Assembly (NCBI GenBank): GCA_963766005.1 | Contig: CAVXYG010000006.1 | Location: 264,158 to 328,157 of the forward strand | From: an uncultured Actinomycetota bacterium | GTDB taxonomy: Bacteria > Actinomycetota > Actinomycetes > S36-B12 > GCA-2699445 | Direction: 5' to 3' | Length of the DNA stretch: 64,000 bases | Part shown: one piece after another, positions 40,336 to 52,685 of the stretch | How positions within the stretch are numbered: position 1 is the stretch's first letter | Layout: each line of letters begins with the position of its first letter | Notes under the pieces: generated by a model | Told to the model about the DNA's origin: nothing | What the model saw: the letters and a program-made list of their open reading frames with translations, nothing else | Databases searched by the model: none | Program-made: the position numbers and the translations under genes

Positions 40336-41187
40336 CGTCGGCTGCCGTCGCCTTCTCCGCGGTGGATGTGGCGCCCGGCGCTGCCTTCTTGGCCGGCGCA
40401 GCCTTCTTGGCCGGCGCAGCCTTCTTGGCCGGCGCTGCCTTCTTGGCCGGCGCAGCCTTCTTGGCCGGCGCGCCTTCTTGGCCGGCGCAGTCTTGGTGGC
40501 CGGCGCTGCCTTCTTGGCCGGCGCAGTCTTGGTGGCCGGCGCTGCCTTCTTGGCCGGCGCAGTCTTGGTGGCCCTAGTCGCCGTGGTCTTCCGTACCGCA
40601 GCACCGCCCGTAGTCGCCGGCGTCGCCTTCGTGGCCGACTGCTGCGACATCCCCGGGACACCGCTTGCTGGCGGCTCGGCGGGCGGGGCCGCCGGTGGGG
40701 CGGAGTCCGGAGCCTTGGCCGACGTGACCTTGGCGGCGACCGCACCCGCCGCGCCGCTGAGGGTGCGAGCCGCAGCGCCGCTGGCTGTCCGAGCCGCCGC
40801 GGTGCCGGCTTCGGCGGCTCCGGCCTGGAGGGTCTTCAACTGCGACTCCAGGCGCTGCACGTGTTTGCGGACTGCCGCGAGCTCTTCTTCGCGGACGAAA
40901 CCCATGCGTCCAACAGTGCGATCCACTTCGGTGCGCACCAGGCCGATGAGCAGGTCGCGGTTGGTCTGGCTCTGCTTGACGAGGTCGTCGGCCAGTTCGG
41001 CGATCTGCTCCTGGCTGCGGTCGGCCGCCTCGGTGCTCCGAGACAGCAGCGCTTCCGCGGCGTTGCGCGCGCGCTGCACCGAGACATCGGTCAAACCGCT
41101 CGCCACCTGGATGTAGCCCCGCACGACGTCGAGCACCATCGTGATCGCCTCCACGCTTCTTGAGATCAGTCCCATCGACTCCCCCAT
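40328..41187 (-). pseudogene. coiled-coil (phasin/COG3937-like) protein with a Lys/Ala/Pro-rich repeat tail; 1-nt deletion in one repeat unit
   Basis: The N-terminus 'MGLISRSVEAITMVLDVVRGYIQVASGLTDVSVQRARNAAEALL' runs to 'TKTAPAKKAAPA' x3. Unit 40467..40483 is 17 nt instead of 18. After it the annotated frame reads 'RRPRRLRRPRRQ', whereas the shifted frame reads 'AKKAAP' x5 and stops at 40328. Confidence 0.6.
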
Positions 41188-41295
41188 CCGAACATACCTG
41201 GCCCGACACGCGAATCTGTGAGCGGCCTACCGGGCCCTCAGCGCGTCGCAGTGACTAGGCTGCGGCATTGTGACGGCGAGGGCGGGGCACCCGTG

Positions 41296-41634
41296 ATGGC
41301 GGCGCGGGAGGACTGTTTTGCCGCGATCGTGGAAGTCGTCGACCGCTTCAACGCCCACGATGCCGGCAGGAAGCGGGAGCGCATCCCGGCCCGCAGCGTC
41401 GGGTGCACGATCCTGGACCTCGACGTCACCTACCGGGGCCACCTCGAGGACGGGTACGTCGTGCGGGTCGCGGAGTCCGACGAGCATTCGGCGGACATCC
41501 GGGTGGTGTGCAGCAGCGACGACCTTGTGGGGATGGTGCGCGGCGACCTCAGCTTCGCCCATCTGTTCTCCACCGGGCGGGTCCGTCTCGACGCCAGCAT
41601 CCGCGACCTGATGCGGCTGCGGGCGCTCGTCTAG
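41296..41634 (+). CDS. SCP2 (sterol-carrier-like) domain protein
   Basis: ORF 41218..41634, in-frame ATG 41296. 'ADIRVVCSSDDLVGMVRGDLSFAHLFSTGRVRLDASIRDLMRL'. Confidence 0.75.
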   Translation: MAAREDCFAAIVEVVDRFNAHDAGRKRERIPARSVGCTILDLDVTYRGHLEDGYVVRVAESDEHSADIRVVCSSDDLVGMVRGDLSFAHLFSTGRVRLDASIRDLMRLRALV

Positions 41635-41686
41635 GTGGCGGGCCTGGTCGCCCAGCGTCGAGGAGGCCGGACGCCCCAGCGCTCGA

Positions 41687-42959
41687 CTACTCCGGCGGCG
41701 GGGGGACCTCGCCGGAGACGAACTCCGTCGGGGTGAACTTGTTGTCCTCGCCGAAGGTGAAGACCCCCATGACCGCCTGCGCTTGGGTCGCCGTTGTCGT
41801 CGAACGCGATCGGTCCGGACTGCCCGTCGTAGTCGATGTCCTGGCCGTCGGCCAGGAGTCCGGCGCATTCGCTGAACGTCGTGCACTTGGTGCCGCCGTC
41901 GCTGACCGACTGCATCGCCGACGCCAGATCGACCCCGCAGTCCGAGCCAGCAGCCAGCGCAGCAAGCGCGACGAGGTTGACCGCATCGTAGGCCTCGCCG
42001 CTGTAGGGCAGGTCCGTCACCTCGGGGTCGACGGTCTGCAACTGCTGCAGGAAGGGCTGGGAGTTCTCAGCGCCGGGCAGCGTTCCCTTGACGCCGGTCA
42101 TCGTCCCGGCCGGGAACTGGGCGTACAGGTCGTTCGACAGATTCCCGTCGACGAGGTACAGCTGGACCTTGTCCGGGCCGATGCCCTGTTTCGTCATCTC
42201 CTGCACGATCTTGCGGGACTCCGCGAAGCCGATGAGCACGACGGCCTCAGGGGAGGCGGCGGCGACCTTGCCCACCTCGGTCGCGAAGTCTTCGGCGCCG
42301 GGGTCGTAGATGACGGTGTCGAGCGCCATCGCGCCGCCGGACCCGGTGAACGAGCGAGTGAACGCGGCGGCGAGATCCTCTCCGTAGGAATCCTGGCGTG
42401 CCAGGACTGCCGCTGACGTCACCTTGTCCGACCTGGCGACATCGGCCAGCACCGATCCCTGGAATTGGTCCGGCGGAGAGGTTCGGAAGTACAGCCCGTT
42501 GTCGTCGGCGACCCGAATCGCGGTGTCGGCCGGCGAGATCAGCAGGACGCCCTCGGACGTCAACTTCTCGGTGATGGATTTCGTCACCTCCGAGGAGGCG
42601 GCGCCCACGACGGCGTCGACGCCCTCCTGCAAGTGCTGGTCGGCGGTGACGACGGCGATGTTGGTGGTGGTATCGCCGGAATCGCCCTCGAACAGCTCCA
42701 CGGGTTCGCCCAGGACGCCGTCGGCATCGTTGATCTGCGCCACCGCCAGGGCTGTGGCGGCCTCCAGACCCGGTCCCAGGTAGGCGGAGTTTCCCGACTG
42801 CGGCAGGACGGTCCCGATCTTCAGCACGCCGTCGGAGCGGCACGAGACGTCGGATCCCGTGGACCCGTTCTCGGTCGTGTCGTCGCTGCCGGAGCAGGCC
42901 GAGACCATCACCACGACGGCACCGGCCACGGCGGCGCCGCGAAGTGCGAATGCACGCAT
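41687..42959 (-). pseudogene. LivJ-type (branched-chain amino acid) ABC substrate-binding lipoprotein, frameshifted near 41781-41792; no adjacent permease genes
   Basis: ORF 41631..42959 has the lipobox 'VVMVSAC' and 'LKIGTVLPQSGNSAYLGP'. After '...IAFDDNGDP' GC3 collapses, and the high-GC3 continuation 'QAQAVMGVFTFGEDNKFTPTEFVSGEVPPPPE' lies in ORF 41687..41986. Confidence 0.75.
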
Positions 42960-43528
42960 GTGTCAGTCCTTCGTTCCCGAAACACCGTACCCCGAAGGCG
43001 GAGCGGTATCCCGTTGTGAGCGGGCGGCGCTCCAGCCGGGGGGCTAGGGTTGGCCCATGGACACCGTCATGCACGTCGTCATGGCCCTCAGCGCGGCGAC
43101 GGTGGCCGGACTGATGGGCTGGCTGGGATGGGCCGCCTCGCGGCGGTGAGACCAGGCTGCTAGGCCTGCGCAACCGGTCTCGAGCCCGACGTCGCTGCTT
43201 CGGCACCCTCACGGCATCGGCAGCCGACCGCAATCCCCGGCAGCCTGCGCGCGCCCCTTCGTGGGACCGGGCCGACCCGGGATATGCGACGCGGATTCCT
43301 CCGCACGGCGTTCGCTGCGGACCGCACGTGCTCACGGCCGCCGTGGCAGGCACGCGATGCGGTGAGTCTTCGGCTGGTCATCGCCGGCAGCCTCCGCAGA
43401 CGATGGGCGCGCGAAAGACCGCACTCCGGTAGGGGCCGCCACCAGTACCGCTGCGCCGCACGGAGGCATCACCGCAGCCGCGCCTCCGCAGACGCCCTCG
43501 CTGCACCGGGCACCCCGGCCAGCAACGA

Positions 43529-44122
43529 TCAGCGTTTGCCCTCGGCCAGGATCTGCTCGGCGACCGTGGACATCGGGACCCGGTCGTCCATCGCCTTCTT
43601 GCGGAGGAACCGGAACGCATCCACCTCGCTCATCCCGTACGCCGTCATCAGCGCCGACTTGGCACGTTCGATCGCCTTGCGCGCCGCCAGCCGGTCGGTG
43701 AGCTCGCCCACGTTGTCCTGCAGCGCGCGGAGCTCGGCGAACCTCGTGCGCGCCAGTTCGATCGCGGGGCCGAGATCCGCCGGTGTGAACGGCTTGACGA
43801 CGTAGCCCATGGCGCCCGCCTCCACTGCGCGCGCAACGACCTCGCGCTGGCTGAAAGCGGTCACCACGACGACGGCACAGGTGCCCGCAGCGGTCAGTTC
43901 CTGGGCTACGCTCAGGCCGTCCAACAGGGGCATGGAGATGTCCAGCAGCGCGATATCGACCGGTATCGTCGATGCGAGCCGCAGCGCGGTCTCCCCGTCG
44001 CCAGCCTCGGCAACGACGTCGTAGCCGAGATCGTTGAGGATCTCGACCAGGTCCAAGCGGATGAGAGCCTCGTCCTCTGCCACGAGGACTCGAACCGGTG
44101 CTTGGCCGTTCATCTCAGCCAC
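43529..44122 (-). CDS. pdtaR: response regulator with ANTAR RNA-binding output domain (PdtaR-like)
   Basis: 197-aa ORF. Receiver 'VLVAEDEALIRLDL..DIALLDISMP' and ANTAR 'RKAIERAKSALMTAYGMSEVDAFRFLRKKAMD'. Confidence 0.88.
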   Translation of the reverse strand: MAEMNGQAPVRVLVAEDEALIRLDLVEILNDLGYDVVAEAGDGETALRLASTIPVDIALLDISMPLLDGLSVAQELTAAGTCAVVVVTAFSQREVVARAVEAGAMGYVVKPFTPADLGPAIELARTRFAELRALQDNVGELTDRLAARKAIERAKSALMTAYGMSEVDAFRFLRKKAMDDRVPMSTVAEQILAEGKR

Positions 44123-44163
44123 CTCGTCTCACGTCCGACCCCGACCGCTACGCTTGGTGGCGC

Positions 44164-44237
44164 GCCCCGGTATCCCAACCGGTAGAGGAAGCGGTCTCAA
44201 ACACCGTCCAGTGTGGGTTCGAATCCCACCCGGGGCA
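44164..44237 (+). tRNA. 74-nt class-I-shaped tRNA whose anticodon reads CAA (Leu) in my manual fold
   Basis: GCCCCGG/TA/TCCC-AACCGGTAG-AGGA/A/GCGGT-CTCAAAC-ACCGT/CCAGT/GTGGG-TTCGAAT-CCCAC/CCGGGGC/A. Perfect 7-bp acceptor and 5-bp T stems. U33 and A37 flank CAA (44198-44200). Short 5-nt variable loop. Confidence 0.7.
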
Positions 44238-44251
44238 CCGCGCGCAGGCAC

Positions 44252-44689
44252 TCACGCCGACTCGCCCGTGGAGCGCTGGTCCGCCTGCAGCGAGGCCAGC
44301 CGGCCCAGCAGACCGTTGATGAAGCGCGGCGATTCATCGGTCGAGAGGTCCTTGGCGAGCAGGACAGCCTCCGAGACCGCCACCCCCGGCGGCACGGCGC
44401 TGTCGTGGAGCAACTCGTAGGCGCCGATGCGCAGGACGTTGCGGTCCACCATGGGCATGCGGTCCAGGGACCAGCCGATGGCGTAGGTCGACAACTGCTC
44501 GTCGATGTCCTGTCGGTACTCCACGATGCCGGCGACCAGGGCATCGGTGTAGGGGTTCAGCGGTGGCTCGCCGGCCTCCGCGCGGCGGCGCCGCACGTCG
44601 GCGAGCACGTCCAGCGGCGCCAGGCCGCGCATCTCGGCCTCGAACAGGATGTCGAGGGCACGTCGCCTGGCCTTCCTGCGGGCTGCCAT
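44252..44689 (-). CDS. nusB: transcription antitermination factor NusB
   Basis: 145-aa ORF. 'RRKARRRALDILFEAEMRG...VAVSEAVLLAKDLSTDESPRFINGLLGRL'. Confidence 0.92.
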   Translation of the reverse strand: MAARRKARRRALDILFEAEMRGLAPLDVLADVRRRRAEAGEPPLNPYTDALVAGIVEYRQDIDEQLSTYAIGWSLDRMPMVDRNVLRIGAYELLHDSAVPPGVAVSEAVLLAKDLSTDESPRFINGLLGRLASLQADQRSTGESA

Positions 44690-44692
44690 GGG

Positions 44693-45253
44693 CTAGTTCA
44701 CGCGACCGAGGTACGAGCCGTCGCGCGTGTCGACCTTGACGCGGGTCTCGGACTCGATGAACAGCGGGACCTGGATCGTTGCGCCGGTCTCCAGCGTGGC
44801 CGGCTTGGTCCCGCCGGTGGAACGGTCGCCCTGCAGCCCGGGCTCGGTATACGTGATGAGGAGCTCGACCGAGGCGGGCAGCTCCACGTACAGCGGCTGC
44901 CCGTCATGGGTTGCCACGACGGCCTCCTGGTTCTCCAGCAGGTAGCTCGCGGCCTGGCCGACGACGTCGTCGGCGACATGGAGCTGGTCGTAGGTGGAGG
45001 AATCCATGAACACCCAGTCGGTCCCGTCGCGGTACAGGTACTGCATCGCGCGCTTGTCGACGTTGGCGGTGTCGACCTTGACGCCCGCGTTGAACGTGCG
45101 GTCCACGACCTTGCCCGACAGGACGTTCTTCAACTTCGTCCGCACGAAGGCGCCGCCCTTGCCCGGCTTCACGTGCTGGAACTCCACCACAGCCCACAGC
45201 TGTCCGTCGAAATTCAGCACCAGGCCGTTCTTCAGATCATTGGTCGTCGCCAC
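44693..45253 (-). CDS. efp: elongation factor P
   Basis: 186-aa ORF. '[27 protein letters not shown]'. Confidence 0.95.
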   Translation of the reverse strand: MATTNDLKNGLVLNFDGQLWAVVEFQHVKPGKGGAFVRTKLKNVLSGKVVDRTFNAGVKVDTANVDKRAMQYLYRDGTDWVFMDSSTYDQLHVADDVVGQAASYLLENQEAVVATHDGQPLYVELPASVELLITYTEPGLQGDRSTGGTKPATLETGATIQVPLFIESETRVKVDTRDGSYLGRVN

Positions 45254-45286
45254 GTGTCCTCGTTTCTCTTGTCGCCCGCCGCGTCG

Positions 45287-46377
45287 TCACCGCACCGTCA
45301 GCAGATCTCTCGACAGGGCGACCAGCGATCGGCAGCCCCCATCCTCAATGACGGCGGTGTCCTCGATCCGGACGCCGCCGACGCCCGGCAGGTAGACGCC
45401 CGGCTCGATGGTGATGGCCATTCCCTGGGCCAGTGTACCCGCGCTCTTCGGCGCGATCAGCGGTCGCTCGTGGATCTGCAGTCCCACGCCGTGCCCCAGC
45501 CCGTGGCCGAAGTGCGCGCCGTGCCCGGCCGCGGCGATGACGTCTCGCGCTGCGCGATCAACCTCGGCGACCGCCGCCCCGGCAGTTGCCGCGGACAGCC
45601 CTGCTTGCTGCGCCGCCAGCACGAGCCCGTGCACGGCGCGCTGGGCGGACGCCGGGTCGGCGGCCACGACGAAGGTCCGGGTGATGTCGGCGTGGTAGCC
45701 GCGGACGAGTGCTCCGAAGTCGATCTTCAGCAGATCCCCGCGTTCCAGTCGACGGTGCGTCGGGTCATGGTGGGGCACGGCGCTGTTCGGTCCGGCCGCG
45801 ACAATGCTCGCGAAGCCAGGCCCCTCCCCCGGGCCGTCGGCGAGCAGCCACTCCAGTCGCCGTGCCAGCTCGCGCTCGGTGCGGCCCGCCACGCCGTCGT
45901 CGAGCACCTGCAGCAACGCCTCCTGCGACACCTGGCACGCCGCTTCGATCGCGGCGATCTCGGCCGGGTCCTTGTGGCTGCGCAGCCGTCCCACGAGGTC
46001 CTCGGCGAGGTCGAGGCCTGCGTGGTCGGCAGCCGTCGAGCGCCACCGCGCGGCCGTGATCGCGTGCCCCTCCAGCAGCGCCCTGCGATCGCCGCGCTCC
46101 CGCAGCGCTGCCGTGAGCACGTCGCGGGCCTCGATCACCGAGACGCCGAGCACCTGCTCGACCGCTGCGGGCAGGTAGCGGGAATCGGTGAACAGGGCGC
46201 AGTCGTCGCCGTCGACCAGCACCGCGCCGTTCGATCCGCGGAATCCGGTGAGGTAGCGGACGTTCACGGGGTCGGTGACGATCAGGGCGGCGCGGTGGTG
46301 CTGCTCTTGGAGCACGCGCGCCAACCGTGCCCGGCGCTGCGCGGTGCGCTCGGCGGCGAACGGATCGGGGAGCGTCG

Positions 46378-46381
<4 letters not shown>
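45287..46381 (-). CDS. M24-family Xaa-Pro aminopeptidase
   Basis: ORF 45287..46555. GTG 46381 overlaps the aroQ stop (GTGA). 'HGLGHGVGLQIHERP', 'GMAITIEPGVY'. Confidence 0.88.
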
Positions 46382-48435
<2,054 letters not shown>

Positions 48436-48436
48436 C

Positions 48437-49618
48437 TCAGAGGACCGTGAGCGCGTCGCGGTACGCGGCGATGTTGCGCCGGGTCTCGCCCACGCTGTCG
48501 CCGCCGAACTTCTCCAACACCGCATCGGCGAGCACGAGGGCCACCATCGCCTCCGCCACGACACCGGCCGCCGGGACGGCGCAGACGTCGGATCGTTGAT
48601 TGATGGCGACCGCGGCCTCCCCGGTGGCGACATCGACCGTGCGCAGTGCTCGCGGGATGGTGGAGATGGGTTTCATGGCGGCGCGCACCCGGACGGTCTC
48701 GCCGGTGGTCATCCCGCCCTCGATGCCGCCGCTGTGGCCGCTGGTGCGCTGCAGCCGGCCGTCGTCGGCCACGATCTCGTCCTGGGCCGCAGAGCCGCGG
48801 GTGGCAGCGAGCGCGAGCCCGTCTCCCACCTCCACCGCCTTGATGGCCTGAATGCCCATCAACGCTCCTGCCAGCCGGCTGTCGAGGCGGCGGTCCCAGT
48901 GGACGTAGGAGCCGACGCCCGGCGGCATGCCGTCCACGACGACCTCGACGACGCCGCCGAGCGTGTCGCCGTCCTTGTGGGCGGCCTCGATCTCGTCCAC
49001 CATGGCCGCGCCGGTGCGGGCGTCGGCGCAGCGCACGGGATCGGCGTCGATGCGCTCGCGGTCGGCGAATGCCGGGACCGATGCGTCGCCGGGCACCTCG
49101 ACGGTGCCGATCCGAACGACGTGGCTGACGAGTCGGACGTCCGCCGCCTGCAGCAGGAACGCGCCGGCCACCGCCCCGAGCGCGACCCGGGCCGCGGTCT
49201 CGCGCGCCGAGGCCCGTTCCAGGACCGGTCGGATGTCGTCGAAGGCGTACTTCTGCATGCCCGCGAGATCGGCATGGCCCGGCCGCGGCCGGGTGAGCGG
49301 GGTGTTGCGGGCCAGCCCGGCCAGGGTGTCGGCGTCGACCGGGTCGGCGGCCATGACCTGCTCCCACCGCGGCCATTCGCTGTTGCCGACCTCGAGGGAC
49401 ACCGGTCCGCCCATCGTGCGCCCGTGGCGGATGCCGCCGGTGATGCGCACCGCATCGGCCTCGAACTTCATGCGCGCGCCGCGCCCGACGCCGAGCCGTC
49501 GCCTGGCCAGCGCGGATGCGATGTCGTCGCTGGTGATAGCGACGTGCGCAGGCACGCCCTCCACGACGGCGGTGAGCAGGGGCCCGTGGGACTCTCCGGC
49601 GGTCAACCAGCGCAGCAT
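48437..49618 (-). CDS. aroC: chorismate synthase
   Basis: 393-aa ORF. '[13 protein letters not shown]', '[13 protein letters not shown]'. Confidence 0.96.
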   Translation of the reverse strand: MLRWLTAGESHGPLLTAVVEGVPAHVAITSDDIASALARRRLGVGRGARMKFEADAVRITGGIRHGRTMGGPVSLEVGNSEWPRWEQVMAADPVDADTLAGLARNTPLTRPRPGHADLAGMQKYAFDDIRPVLERASARETAARVALGAVAGAFLLQAADVRLVSHVVRIGTVEVPGDASVPAFADRERIDADPVRCADARTGAAMVDEIEAAHKDGDTLGGVVEVVVDGMPPGVGSYVHWDRRLDSRLAGALMGIQAIKAVEVGDGLALAATRGSAAQDEIVADDGRLQRTSGHSGGIEGGMTTGETVRVRAAMKPISTIPRALRTVDVATGEAAVAINQRSDVCAVPAAGVVAEAMVALVLADAVLEKFGGDSVGETRRNIAAYRDALTVL

Positions 49619-49672
49619 GGTGCCGATTGTCCCATGACGCCGTGGTCGCTGGGTCAGGCAAGCAGCAGCCGG

Positions 49673-50443
49673 TCACCCGAGGTACCAGGCCCCGATCTGC
49701 TCGCCGAAGAGCAGGCCGACGTAGGTGCCGGCGAACATGAAGGGGCCGAACGGGATCTTGCTCTTGCGGCCCGCGCGCCGCACTGCTATCAGCAGCAGCC
49801 CGGCGATGGCGCCGATGAAGAACCCCGCCAGCGCCCCGACGAGCACGGGCCACCAACCCACCCAGCCCAGCAGCATGCCGAGCACGCCCGCGAGCTTGAT
49901 ATCGCCGCCGCCCATCCCGGACGGGTTGATCAGCGCGAGCAGGAAGTAGCCGAGGAACATGGCCAGGCCGCCGAGCACGGCGCGACCGAGGTCGCCGAAG
50001 TCGCCCGGTCCCGCGGTGGCCAGCACGAGCAGGGCGAGCACGACCGGGTAGGACGGCAGCACGATCGCATCCGGCAGCCGGTGGTGCTCCAGGTCGATGG
50101 CGGTGGCCGCGACGGCGAGCGCGGCCAGGTACAGGCCTGCCGGCAGCTCCCACGACAACCCCAGGTTGAGGTAGGTCAGCAGGAACAGCAGGCCGCTCGC
50201 GCCTTCGATCAGGGGGTAGCGCACGGGAAGAGGCGCCCCGCAGGCCCGGCACCGGCCGCCCAGCAGCAGCCAGGACAGGACCGGGATGCGATCGCGGGCA
50301 GCGATGCGGGCGCCGCACGTCGTGCAGACCGGTCCGGGTGTGTGCAGGGCATCCGAGCCGGGCACTCGGTCGACCACGGTCGTGAGGTAGCCGCCCACCA
50401 CCAGACCCAGCAGCCCGGCGGCCGCCGCGACGAGGAACTCCAC
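49673..50443 (-). CDS. A24-family prepilin peptidase
   Basis: ORF 49673..50542; likely GTG start at 50443. Cys motif 'CTTCGARI..GGRCRAC' and 'GMGGGDIKLAGVLG'. Start uncertain. Confidence 0.8.
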   Translation of the reverse strand: MEFLVAAAAGLLGLVVGGYLTTVVDRVPGSDALHTPGPVCTTCGARIAARDRIPVLSWLLLGGRCRACGAPLPVRYPLIEGASGLLFLLTYLNLGLSWELPAGLYLAALAVAATAIDLEHHRLPDAIVLPSYPVVLALLVLATAGPGDFGDLGRAVLGGLAMFLGYFLLALINPSGMGGGDIKLAGVLGMLLGWVGWWPVLVGALAGFFIGAIAGLLLIAVRRAGRKSKIPFGPFMFAGTYVGLLFGEQIGAWYLG

Positions 50444-50540
50444 CCCTGGAGTCTGGCAGGCCTGAGGGCGAGCTGCGATCGCGTGGGGATACCGGCCGGT
50501 AGCGTAGGCACCCGTCCGACCACCGACCAAGGGGGGATCC

Positions 50541-52592
50541 ATGGGTGCTCATCAGCTCCCGACGGCGCCGGGCATCGGGCGCGGCCTGCTCGGGTGGATC
50601 CTGGCAGCAGCGCTGGTGGCAGGTCTGGTGGTTGCCGGACCAGCGGCGCCCACCAGCGCCGCCCCGGTGCCGCCCGACTACGCCCCGCTGACCAAGCCCG
50701 CCCGCGTGCTCGACACCCGCGCCAGCGCCATGCCCGGCCCCGGCAGCATCCTGCGGGTCACGATCCCCGGAAGCCCGGCGGCAGCGATGCTCAACGTCGT
50801 GGCCACCGACCCGCGGTCATCCGGATACCTGACCGTGTGGGCCTGCGACGCACCGCGTCCTGGCACGTCCAGCGTCAACTTCGCGGCCGGTGGGGCACCG
50901 GTGGCCGCCCTGGCGTTCTCGGCGGTGAGCAGCGGCGGACAGGTGTGCCTGTTCACCAGCGCGGCCACCCACATCGTCGTGGACCTCTTCGGCACGACGC
51001 CGCGGGGTTCGGCGGTCCGTGCCGTGCAGCCGGTGCGGGCGATCGATACCCGCACGACTCCCGGCAAACCCGCCGCCGGGTCCGTGACGCGCATCTCGCT
51101 GGCGGGGGTTGCCGGCATCGGATCGCGAACCCCGGCGGTCGTGGCGAGCTTGACGGTGACCCAACCGGCCTCGGCCGGCTGGGCGGCGATCTCTTCGTGC
51201 GACGCCGGTTGGGCGGGGACCTCCACGGTCAATCTGAGCCGATCCGGGACGACGCGGGCGAATGCCGCGATCGTCGCTGTGGGAGCCACGGCTGAGGTCT
51301 GCGTTCGGGTCAGCACCGCATCGCACATCATCGTGGACATCACCGGACGGGCGGAGCCGGGCGCGCAGCTGCACGCGAATCGACAGCAACGCCTGGTCGA
51401 TACTCGACAGGCCACCGGCCCGACCGGAGCCGGGCGTGTTGCTGCCGACTCGGTGGTCCGCGTGCCCAATATCCTGACCGGCTCGCAAGCCGTGTCGGTC
51501 AACGTGACCGTCACGGGGGCCAGCGGCCGCGGGTGGGCGCGGGTGTGGCTGTGCTCCCGGCCGGAGCCGGCGACCTCGAACCTCAACTTCGCGGGGCCGG
51601 CGGCCGTGGCCAACGCGGCAGTCACGCTGTCCGCCCCGGACGGCCCCCTGTGCGTCCGCGTGGCCGGCGCCGCCGCCCATGTCGTGGTGGATGCGATGGC
51701 GGCGTTCGCGCGTCAGTGGGACGACGCGCCGTTGGCCGACCGGGCGGACTTCGGCGCGTGGGTCGACGGGATGATCGCCGAACCGGCGAGGTTCACGGCC
51801 CGCGAGCGCACCCTCGGCACCCGGTTCGACATCGCGTCGTACTTCTTCGGCTACGGCGATTGGTTCCCCACCGATATCGAGCGCCGCTTCGCCGACGGCG
51901 GCACCCGCGACGTCCTCATCAGTTGGGACATGGGTCGACATCGCTTCCGGGAGTGGTCCGCCGGGGCCCATGACGCCTACCTGCGCACGATCGGACGCCT
52001 CGCCGCGCAGTACCCGTACCCGATCTACGTCCGGCCGTGGCCGGAGATGAACGGCGATTGGCAGCCCTACCAGCCCACGGCGCGCGGGCAGCAGCCCTAT
52101 GGCGGCACGCCGGCCGAGTTCGTCTCGGCGTGGCGGCACGTGGTCGACACGGTCCGGGCAGCGGGCGGCACGCGCGTGCGCTGGGTCTTCAACCCCTATG
52201 CCGCGACCTATCCCGGGGCGACGGACGTGCGGTCGTTGTGGCCCGGCCGCGGGTACGTCGATGTCCTCGGCATGGACGGCTACAACTGGGGCGGCGGACC
52301 GGCGCCGTGGCAGTCCTTCGGCGAGGTCTTCGCCGGGATCTACTCCGAGTTGTCGGCCCTGGACCCCGCCCTGCCCATCTGGGTCTGCGAGACGGCGTCG
52401 CGGGAACCCGCAGTCGACGACGGTGCCGTGGCATTGCCGGGCGAGTCCAAGAGGGCGTGGGTGGCGGACATGTTCGCCCAGCAGGGGTTCTCCCGGATCG
52501 AGGCGCTCGTCTGGTTCGACGAGCGCAAGGAGCGCGATTGGCGGTTCGACTCCTCCCCCGGCGCTCTGGCGGCGTTCCGAGGGGCCCTGTGA
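50541..52592 (+). CDS. secreted protein: three tandem ~110-aa N-terminal repeat domains + C-terminal GH26-like (clan GH-A) glycoside hydrolase domain
   Basis: 683-aa ORF. Signal-like N-terminus. Repeats each contain 'DTR' and 'C...VVD..G'. C-terminal 'IYVRPWPEMNGDWQPY', 'VLGMDGYNWGG', 'IWVCETAS'. Confidence 0.8.
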   Translation: MGAHQLPTAPGIGRGLLGWILAAALVAGLVVAGPAAPTSAAPVPPDYAPLTKPARVLDTRASAMPGPGSILRVTIPGSPAAAMLNVVATDPRSSGYLTVWACDAPRPGTSSVNFAAGGAPVAALAFSAVSSGGQVCLFTSAATHIVVDLFGTTPRGSAVRAVQPVRAIDTRTTPGKPAAGSVTRISLAGVAGIGSRTPAVVASLTVTQPASAGWAAISSCDAGWAGTSTVNLSRSGTTRANAAIVAVGATAEVCVRVSTASHIIVDITGRAEPGAQLHANRQQRLVDTRQATGPTGAGRVAADSVVRVPNILTGSQAVSVNVTVTGASGRGWARVWLCSRPEPATSNLNFAGPAAVANAAVTLSAPDGPLCVRVAGAAAHVVVDAMAAFARQWDDAPLADRADFGAWVDGMIAEPARFTARERTLGTRFDIASYFFGYGDWFPTDIERRFADGGTRDVLISWDMGRHRFREWSAGAHDAYLRTIGRLAAQYPYPIYVRPWPEMNGDWQPYQPTARGQQPYGGTPAEFVSAWRHVVDTVRAAGGTRVRWVFNPYAATYPGATDVRSLWPGRGYVDVLGMDGYNWGGGPAPWQSFGEVFAGIYSELSALDPALPIWVCETASREPAVDDGAVALPGESKRAWVADMFAQQGFSRIEALVWFDERKERDWRFDSSPGALAAFRGAL

Positions 52593-52685
52593 CGCATCGG
52601 CCGTGAGACCGGAGTCACAGCGGTACTGTCTCCGAGATCACACCGGGCAGCGCTTGGGGTCTCTCGCGGCGGGTACTCGTGAAGC

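Noticed and set aside
40195-41187. Reading the locus as a single 330-aa protein with an RRPRRLRRPRRQ tail and a C-terminal helical domain.
   Set aside because: The Arg-rich stretch begins exactly at a 17-nt unit in an otherwise 18-nt repeat. The alternative frame continues the AKKAAP repeat and stops, and the distal part has its own ATG. I prefer a frameshifted gene plus a separate small ORF.
43057-43149. 30-codon ORF 'MDTVMHVVMALSAATVAGLMGWLGWAASRR' upstream of the binding-protein gene.
   Set aside because: It is a plausible small membrane peptide, but there is no clear RBS and no conservation evidence is available. It is too short to call.
50700-51700. Triple repeat in the GH26-like gene considered as a DNA-level repeat or mobile insertion.
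   Set aside because: The repeats are diverged at the nucleotide level and in frame. They are protein-domain repeats.
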